Positions 21,601 through 31,000 of a DNA stretch of 64,000 nt are shown here, in pieces. The stretch covers positions 868,001 to 932,000 of the forward strand of contig CATNEN010000012.1 of NCBI GenBank assembly GCA_950097015.1, read 5' to 3'. A program made the position numbers and the translations under genes. How positions within the stretch are numbered: the stretch's first letter is position 1; the number at the start of each line of letters is the position of its first letter. Under the pieces are notes generated by a model. That model was not told the DNA's origin. It did no database searches and saw only the letters and a list, made by a program, of their open reading frames with translations. The stretch is from Macrostomum hystrix. Lineage: Eukaryota > Animalia > Platyhelminthes.

Positions 21601-24477
21601 TAGAAGGCTGTTGGGTGCATGGTTGCCTCATTGCTGGAAGACTGTTGGGTGCATGGTTGCCTCATTGCTGGAAGGTTGTCGGGTGCATGGTTGCCTCATT
21701 GCTAGAAGGTTGTCGGGTGCATGGTTGCCTCATTGCTGGAAGGTTGTCGGGTGCATGGTTGCCTCATTGCTAGAAGGTTGTCGGGTGCATGGTTGCCTCA
21801 TTGCTAGAAGACTGTCGGGTGCATGGTTGCCTCATTGCTAGAAGACTGTCGGGTGCATGGTTGCCTCATTGCTAGAAGGCTGTTGGGTGCATGGTTGCCT
21901 CATTGCTAGAAGGCTGTTGAGTGCATGGTTGCCTCATTGCTAGAAGACTGTCGGGTGCATGGTTGCCTCATTGCTAGAAGGCTGTTGGGTGCATGGTTGC
22001 CTCATTGCTGGAAGACTGTTGGGTGCATGGTTGCCTCATTGCTGGAAGGTTGTCGGGTGCATGGTTGCCTCATTGCTAGAAGGTTGTCGGGTGCATGGTT
22101 GCCTCATTGCTGGAAGGTTGTCGGGTGCATGGTTGCCTCATTGCTGGAAGGTTGTCGGGAGCATGACTGCCTCATTGCTAAGATTAAAATGCTCATTGCG
22201 TCAAACATTCCAGAGGCCAAGAAGAAGCTCGCCGCGGCTGCCGCAGCCCAGTCGAAGATCGGCTCGCTGGCTAACGCCGAGCACAAGCCAGGTGGCGGCG
22301 AGAAAAAGGTGAGCATTCGGCAAGCTAGCATCCTTTGCAAATTTTTCCAATTATCCAATTTACTTTGCCGAAGTATGCCTCTACGGAGTGCATAAATTCA
22401 GTTTGAAATTTAAATTTTTCTCTCATCTCGATTATTAAAACGCAGATCTTCAGCGCGAAGCCGGAGTGGAAGGTGCAATCGAAAATCGGCTCACTGGACA
22501 ATGCCAAGCACAAGCCGGGCGGTGGGGAAAAGAAGGTGCGAAAAATCTCTACTGGCTACTTGAGTAGTAGTGCGACGCGACTGTAAGGAAGATCCCGAAA
22601 ATTACGGAGCCTAAGATTTTATCCCTTGTATCCTAAATACTCTTCCTGCAGATAGAAAATAAAAAGTTGGAGTGGAATGTGACTTCCAAAATCGGCTCAA
22701 TGGACAACGCAAAGCACAAGCCGGGCGGCGGCGAAAAGAAGGTCAGTATGTCAGGATTTCAGGTGTCAGGATTTCAGGTGTCAGGATTTCAGGTGTCAGG
22801 ATGTCAGGTGTCAGGATTTCAGGTGTCAGGATGTCAGGTGTCAAGATTTCAGGTGTCAGGATTTCAGATGTCAGATGTCAGCTGTTGGACAGGCTGTTGC
22901 TACGAGGCTCTCATGCCCAACAACTTATCTCTCTCTCTCAGATACTAGAGCAGAAAGTTGAATGGAAGGCAGAGTCAAAGGTTGGGTCGCTGGAAAATGC
23001 CAAGCACCAGCCTGGCGGAGGTGACAAAAAGGTAAGTGCTGAATATAACTATAAAGTACTAGGAATCGCTCGCTTAAGCCCTGAAAGGTACACTTGGCCA
23101 GTTGAACAAACAGAGTTCGAATATCCGAAAAACTCGCTAGCGACGTTGCGTGGCTGTGTTCAGGCGCTGCGAAAAATTGTCTGGGGGAGTAAAAAAACTG
23201 CTTGGCATTTATACTGTTCACCCAGCACTGTTAACTCACAGAAAACGCATGTCTGTGATGTGATATCCTTTGTCTGAGTTTGAGTGCGCTTACATGTTCG
23301 TCTGCGCGTTCTTTTAGTTCTACAGATTTCCGGCATGCGAATCTGTGTTTAACTGCACTATTCCTCATTGTAACTGGCATTCAAAGTAGCGATCATAAAT
23401 ATTTAATTTATAAATGCAATTTGTTAAAACGAAAATTAATGCCACATTTTCACATTCCTGTGACACCTTTGTGACGACTTGGTTTGTAAAATAACAGCAA
23501 TTTATACGAGTTGGACATATGTGTGACATTGGAACTTTAAAGCAACCGCCTTGGTTGTACATTCAATGTTGATGCCTTCAATGTACATTCAATGTACATG
23601 CCTTCAATGTACATTCACCTTCAAAGTGGGCTGGGAGGCGCTACGTTTACGGCGCTAGCGAACAGCACCCTATGTACATTGAATGTACATAAGACGAGAG
23701 TGATTGAACGATTTCGTAGAGCTTAGCGTGTTTCTATTTTTATTAACACAAGATTCCCCGTCACTCCGCTAACCAATCAGATTCTAGACAGCAAAGTAGA
23801 GTGGAAGGCCAACTCAAAGATCGGCTCGCTGGACAATGCCAAGCATAAACCTGGCGGCGGCGAAAAAAAGGTAAGAAAAAAACTTATCTAAACTAGGCGT
23901 TTCAAATATCCCGCGACCCTCGGTTTGGATGAGACAAGGAAGAGATGAGATTAGGAATATATGAGACAGGGGGGTAGATAAGACAGCAGAGAGATAAGAC
24001 AGGGGAGAGATGAGACAGGGGAGAAAGCAGAGAAACATGACATAAGACATGAGAAAGCAGAGAGATAAGACATAGGAGACAGCCACCTACAATTAAAAAC
24101 GCTTTGATCCGGCACTGTTACCCCAGTTTCACCCTCCTATTTAGCCAGTTTCTCATAGAAAATCGATGTCCCTTATAAGTAAAGCCTCCCTCAATCGCGC
24201 TTCATCCAGATCTTCAGCGAGAAGCCGGAATGGCGAGCAGGATCAAAGATAGGCTCCCTGGAGACTGGCAGCCATTTGTCGGCCAACTCCATCGAAACGG
24301 CAGAGCGAGACGCGGAGGTCGGGGCAATGTTTTTTCAGCCTTTTTCGTTTGCCTTACATTGCCTCTAAGATATGAAAATATGTATGAAGATCAAAATCAA
24401 TTTCCCATCTTTAACAGATTCAGAGCGAACAAAAGCTCGCTGAAGTTGACACTGCTAATGTAAGTAACTTGTATTGA
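18609..24477 (+). CDS. tau: Tau/MAP2/MAP4-family microtubule-associated protein (ptl-1/tau-like), ~565 aa
   Basis: Exons 18609-19638, 20025-20056, 20146-20161, 22214-22308, 22446-22535, 22652-22741, 22942-23031, 23781-23870, 24210-24317, 24418-24459/24477; all GT-AG and phase-consistent. Acidic N-terminus, then a Pro/Ala/Lys/Ser-rich region, then repeats of type (V/A)xSKIGSLDNAKHKPGGGEKK. The ends are less certain: upstream coding via the acceptor at 18564 is possible, as is a last exon at 24875 encoding ESCS*. Confidence 0.9.
18921..18995 (+). repeat. Coding 12-bp repeat GAAGCCGCTCCT (EAAP)n in the tau-like exon
   Basis: About six in-frame copies, PEAAPEAAPEAA. Confidence 0.9.
20219..22180. 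repeat. Minisatellite, 34-bp unit GGGTGCATGGTTGCCTCATTGCTAGAAGGTTGTC, in tau-like intron
   Basis: About 57 copies; ends ~30 nt before the acceptor at 22213. Confidence 0.97.
22749..22880. repeat. 15-bp repeat TCAGGATTTCAGGTG in tau-like intron
   Basis: Starts a few nt after the GTCAGT donor at 22742. Confidence 0.9.
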
Positions 24478-25747
24478 CTCGCGTTTCTAATCACTTTTTC
24501 AACTCGTAATTACACACAGAGCGACACTCTCTTATTGGCTGTGCATTACTCCACAATTGGCTGCGGTTTCATCCCTTTAAGACTTTCTTTGCCTCGAGAC
24601 TCTAATTGGCTGGCTGTTATCGACCTAGCCCATTTCCACTTTGATCTGATTGGTTGTGGTTTCTTCGCCCAAATACTCGTAGTATCGTTTTCACTCTCCT
24701 ATTGGCCGTGACTGCCATCCACCTCACTCCCACTATTGTCTAATTGGTTGTCTGATTGTTTGTCGTTAGTTCTCCTTTCATCCTCTCCTTTCCTTCTGAC
24801 TTTGATTGGACGCTTGGAAGTGACCGATAGCCACAGAATTTATTTTTCCACTCCCCTGTAAAAACCAATTCCAGGAGTCCTGCAGCTGAAAAGCTTCGCG
24901 AGCGTGACTTATCATCCATGCAAGTGTGTGATAACAAGTTCAGGCACTTTAATGAAAACTAATTAAAGTGCGCTGTCACTGTGAATAACACGTACTAACT
25001 CACCATTCAATGCTTCGCAAGCAAAACTTTTATTTTCTGTATTTAAAAGTCCTTAAATTACGCTCGTAAAAATTAAACTAGTAAAGTAATTCGGAAAGCC
25101 ATTATAATACATGTTACTTCGCATCTAGCACTATCTAACATAGTAAATACGCCTAATGTCATAGATAAACGCCTAATTCTGCCTGGTCTTTAATATGCCT
25201 AATTAACTTATACTTTTTAAGGCAGCAGTAGAAAATATACATGTAAGACTTCGCACCTTTACTTAATCATTACAAAAATAGAAAAAAATATTAAAGTAAA
25301 GCATGCAATATATACTCGTATATATAAACTAATGTTACCCCACAATAGTCAGCAGGCTATGCAAGTCGATGCCGTCTCATATAAGGTTCGCAAATTAAAA
25401 TGGAATAAAGTGAAGTTATCTACCGGTACTACTTACCCTGCCAGTAGTAATGACACATTGCTTACTGCTATAATTGTACAAGCCAGATTCTTTATTCCAA
25501 AAACTTGTTTTAAACCCTGCTGCTTTTGTCCCAGGCATTGACATAGAGCGTAGCCTATTGTCATATTATGTGTAAATTTAGAATTGAAATATTAGCTTGG
25601 CAACAACATAATTAAATTCCAAATACACTATTACCATATTCTAATTACTATATTTATAGTTAAATTACTGCAGTGCTTTAATATAAAAAACCAACTGAAG
25701 GTTAATTCTAGATGCATAAGTTCTTACGTAAAGTAAAGTACCCTGAC

Positions 25748-26780
25748 TTACCTGTTGCCAGCCTCATTCAGTGAGGCAGTTTACCTGTTGCCAGCCTCAT
25801 TCAGTGAGACAGTTTACCTGTTGCCACCCTCTATTCAGTGAGGCAGTTTACCTGTTAGCCACCCTCTATTCAGTGAGGCAGTTTACCTGTTAGCCACCTC
25901 CATTCAGTGAGGCAGTTTACCTGTTAGCCACCCTCCATTCAATGAGGCAGTTTACCTGTTAGCCACCTCCATTCAGTGAGGCAGTTTGCCTGTTAGCCAC
26001 CCTCTATTCAGTGAGGCAGTTTACCTGTTAGCCACCTCTATTCAGTGAGGCAGTTTGCCTGTTAGCCACCCTCTATTCAGTGAGGCAGTTTACCTGTTAG
26101 CCACCTCTATTCAATGAGGCAGTTTGCCTGTTAGCCACCCTCTATTCAGTGAGGCAGTTTACCTGTTAGCCACCTCTATTCAGTGAGGCAGTTTGCCTGT
26201 TAGCCACCCTCCATTCAGTGAGGCAGTTTGCCTATTAGCCACCCTCTATTCAGTGAGGCAGTTTACCTGTTAGCCACCCTCTATTCAGTGAGGCAGTTTA
26301 CCTGTTAGCCACCCTCTATTCAGTGAGGCAGTTTACCCGTTAGCCACCCTCCATTCAATGAGGCAGTTTACCTGTTAGCCACCCTCTATTCAGTGAGGCA
26401 GTTTACCTGTTAGCCACCCTCTATTCAGTGAGGCAGTTTACCCGTGAGCCACCCTCCATTCAATGAGGCAGTTTGCCTGTTAGCCACCCTCTATTCAGTG
26501 AGGCAGTTTACCTGTTAGCCACCCTCTATTCAGTGAGGCAGTTTACCTGTTAGCCACCCTCCATTCAGTGAGGCAGTTTACCTGTTAGCTACCCTCTATT
26601 CAGTGAGGCAGTTTACCTGTTAGCCACCCTCTATTCAGTGAGGCAGTTTACCTGTTAGCCACCCTCTATTCAGTGAGGCAGTTTACCTGTTAGCCACCCT
26701 CTATTCAGTGAGGCAGTTTACCTGTTAGCCACCCTCTATTCAGTGAGGCAGTTTACCTGTTAGCCACCCTCCATTCAGTT
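25748..26780. repeat. Minisatellite, 35-bp unit GTTTACCTGTTAGCCACCCTCTATTCAGTGAGGCA
   Basis: About 29 copies between the convergent tau-like and SERBP1-like 3' ends. Confidence 0.96.
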
Positions 26781-26864
26781 AAAGTTTATCAGTGTGTCAG
26801 AGCTTGTAAGTCAGTTTAACCACAGAAAAGATGCAAAGCAAACAAATTCAAAGCTCTGATAAAA

Positions 26865-26910
26865 GCATTTTTATTAATTTTTCTTCATCAAAAAACACAA
26901 CTTTATTGAA
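26865..26910 (-). promoter_or_regulatory. Candidate polyadenylation signals (AATAAA) of the SERBP1-like transcript
   Basis: Two TTTATT on + (AATAAA on -) about 1.2 kb downstream of the stop at 28096, after a long T-rich minus-strand stretch; not confirmed. Confidence 0.4.
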
Positions 26911-28095
26911 CACAAAGCAGCGCTGCTTAGGGCTTGGATGATTAGAGGGATTGGGGTAGCAAACAGCGCGCCAGAACAGACACAACAAGCCAGGCTGGGT
27001 CTACTTCACTTCTGATTGGGTCGAATATTTAGCTAGGGAATAAAAGAAAAAGATGATAATTATGACATTAAATTCATATATTTTCTACAAAAAGAGAAAA
27101 TAAAAATTCGCACACAAACTACTACTCATTCAGTTCAGCCTCGGTTTGGAGTTTCTGGACAAAATTTGTGAATATTTAGTAGGACTCAATCTAGAATCCG
27201 CGACTTTATCAGTTGCTGTCGAAGAGAACCACAGAGCTGATTAATAAATAAGAAAAAAACTAAAATTAAAACAAAACAGTAGATATAATGAAAGCAGGAA
27301 AATGACACAATAGGAAGGCTGCATCTGTTAAGCGTAGAAGGGACTGACTGTCGTGCGAGTTTTTTAAAAGATCAAATTCTACACGTGGGAGAGCAGGACT
27401 TCGGCAGGTGTCCGTGTGTGTGTGTAATAAATTTCTACACTAAGCAGGTCAGGATAAGATAGGCAATTGCAGTAAAGCAGATGATTTCCAAGGCCAGCTA
27501 ATTAACACATTGAATAAATAGAATGGACAGAACAATCGATATTAATTAAACGGAGCAGAATAGTAACAAGATATTACTAACAGTAGCACGGTTAAAAACC
27601 TGCCAATAATATTCCAACTCCTTTGAAAACTAATTAAAAATGGGGGCGGAAACACAACAATGCGATAGGGAGCAGTTGACAACGAGCAGCTGTCAAAAAA
27701 CAACGACAAATTAAATATTTTGACACCGATTATTAAGCAGACAACAATAGATGGCTTGGACTCATTGAGAACACTAGCAGAAGGACTAATTAAAAAAAAC
27801 GACCATAAATTTAACTGAAAATTGTGTTTATTGAAAAAAAACAAATAATCAACAAGAGAGGGAGAAAAACGGTGAAAAGATGTCCGGAAATTTCTTGCCC
27901 AGTGAAACAAAACTAGACAAATAAAAAAGGCAAATGAATTTAAGAGACAACGCGCACTCACCAAACTGGTGGCTGCCTGGCAATGCAACAGTGAACAAAC
28001 AGCGCACACTTAATAAAGTTAAGCCGGATGTAACAACTGCCAACTGCTCAGCGTAAACATTCTCGCATTTGCCCCCGCTTTGGCGCGGTAGGCGG

Positions 28096-31000
28096 CTAGG
28101 CCAGCTGAGGAAAATCGCCGTCGTCAACGCGAAAATCGGCAGCCGACTGGTGGGCGTAATCGCCGCCGCTGCGACTGCCGTAGTCGCCGCCGCTGCGACT
28201 GCCGTAGTCGCCGCCGCGACCGCCACCGCGACTGCCATAGTCGCCGCCGCGACCGCCACCACGACGACTGCCGTAGCCTTCGCCGCCGCCTCCGCCACGG
28301 CCGAATCCGCTACCACCACCGCCGCGGCCGCCACCGCTTCCTCCATCGCGACGCCCAAAGCCGCCGCGTCCGCCGCCTCCTCCCCGAGGACCACCCCTGC
28401 CTCCGCCGCCGCGTCCGCCCTCGGCAGTTACCGGATTCACGTAGAAGTTGGTTTCAATCTGCTGCGACTTGCGAGCGAAGACGCCGCTGCCACCGGCTGC
28501 AGCGGCAGCGGCAGCAGGTTCGGCAACGTCGGCGCCAGTGTCGACCAGGGGCCGCTCCTTCCTATATTCGCGCATCTCGCCGAATCCCGAAGCGTCCACG
28601 CGGCGAACATTAGCGCCGCCAGCTCCGCCGGACAGCTTGGCCCGGTCCTCGGCCTGCTGCCGCTTCCACTCCTCCAACGTCATCATGGCCGGAGCTGCAC
28701 CAGCCTCAGCGTTGGCCTCCTGCTGCTCCTGCTCGACAGCGTCGGCCCAGTCGTCGGCGGCGGCGGCAGCAGCGGCGGGGCCACTAGAGGGGGGCTGAGT
28801 GTCAGCGGCCTGCTGGCCCCTGCAATTAGATTAGCATTGTTAAGTAACCAATCCTGCACGAAAATAATATTCGTATTGTAAGACCGTGGGTTAAGTTGTA
28901 GAACATAACAAACACGCCAGGAGCCCTCACTGGCTCACGCCAATATATTTAACGGCAAAGTTGGGGTGGGTGCAACCACCCTAAGCGAACGCACGCTGCA
29001 GCGCTAAACCCCCCACCCCAAACAAGCCGCGCGTGCACATCTAAGTGCACGCGCACCAACAAGCCAGACTACACTACTTTCCCCCTAGAAGCAAAAGACA
29101 GTCCCAAGTCAAGCAAAGCCCGCCATGTACAAATCCGGTGGCCGCCGCTCTCTAGCCGATCGCCGCGGAACAATGACCGGCTCGGCCGGTGCCGTCGGCG
29201 GCTCCTCGTGTACCTCGTCTGCCTGCAGCTCGGGCCAGAAGGCCACCGCATCGCCGCCAGGATCGGCCGCTTGCCCGGGCGGCTCTGCGGCGGTGCCGTC
29301 GTTGTCGGCGTCGGCGGCCGGCGGTCGACGGTCTGCAGCGGCTGGAAGCTCCAGTGACGCCCGCCGCTGCACGAAGCGCTTGAGGCGGTCGTGGTGCACC
29401 ACCAGCCGGCGCCTGCGGCCAGCCTCGTCCTGGATGCGGTAATTGACCTCACCCAGGCGCCTCAGGACTCGGTACGGCCCCTTCCACTTGGCGCTGAGGC
29501 ACCGTGTCTGGCCGCGCTTGATGACAGAGTTGCGCAGCATCACTAGCTGGCCCTCTTCGAACGGCACGAACCGAGAGTCCCGGTTGGCCAGCCGGTTGCG
29601 CTCGACCTGGGCGCTTCGCAGTCGGCTGTGCACCGTGTCGAAGGCGCTCTGCAGGTTCTCCTGAGTCCGACGCAAGAAGCCGTGATGTTCACCGTCGGCT
29701 GCCGGCCGGTCGCCGCTTATCAGCCAACTGTCGAGAGCCAGCCTCGGTGGCCAGCCGTGGAGGACCTGGTATGGGCTGAGGCCGGTCGTGCTGTGCACGG
29801 AGGTATTGTAGGCCCAGGTCACATACGGCAGCTTGCTGTCCCAGCCCTGCTGGTTCTCGGCCACCGTCGTCGCCAGCATGTCACCGAGCGTCCGGTTGCC
29901 TCGCTCGACGATTCCGTTTCCGCTCGGATGAAACGGCGACGTGCGCGTCTTCTCGACGCCCAGCTGCTCGCAGAGCCGGCCGAACACCTCGCTCTCGAAT
30001 TGACGCCCCTGGTCACTGTGCAGCACCTGAGGAGCGCCGTGACGCAGAACTACCGACTTGAGCAGTGCATCTGCCACCGTCACCGCGTCGATCCCCGCCA
30101 GGGCTGCCGTCTCCATCCACTTGGAGAAGGCGTCGCACATGCTCAGGATGTACGCCTTGCCATCGGTCGTACGCGGAAGCGGCCCTTTGATGTCGATCTG
30201 CACCAGCTGCCACGGAGCCGTCGGCTGGCACGTCGACTGCAGCGGCGCTTTCTGCGGCTTGGTTGGACTCTTCTTGGCCAGGCAGACCGCGCAGCTGGCC
30301 ACCCAGTTCTCGACGTCCCGTCGCAGACCAGGCCACCAGCAGCGCTCAGACAGCCTCGCTCCGGTCCTGTCGACGCCGAGGTGTCCGCTCTGGTCGCACG
30401 AGTGCGCCTGCTGCAGGAAATGTGGCCGCAGGTGACCGGGAATGACTGGCCGGCCACCCACCAGCAGGACACCCGCCGAGCTCACCGAGGCCCCGTCCAG
30501 CAGCTCGCGAACCTGCGCCGCCCATGAATCGGACAGGCTGTCGACCCCTTCGGTCAGCGCTTGGAACGCCTTGCTCAGCAGCGGGTCTTGCCGTTGCTCC
30601 TCGTGTAGGCTGCTGTCGTCCCACCGAGGCTGCAGGCGCGTGCCGGCCACCCGGCTCAGCGCATCCGGCACGACGTTGTCCCTGCCAGGTCGGTACAGCA
30701 GCTCGAACGAAAACTGCTGCAGCGTCGAAAGCCATCGCGCCAGCCGACCTTCGGGGTCCTTCGTTGTCAGCAGACCTTGCAGTGGCCGGTGATCCGAGTA
30801 AACTCTGAAGTTCGGGACACTCAGCAGGTACGTCCTGAAGTGCTTCAAACTCCAGACCAGCGCCAGCAGCTCACGGTCGGTCGCCGAGTAGTTGCGCTCG
30901 GCCTTGTTGAGGGTGCGCGAGGCGAACGCCACAGGCAGCTCGGCGTCTCCGTGCAGCTGGCTGAGCACCGCCCCGACGGCGAACTGACTGCTGTCGCAGC

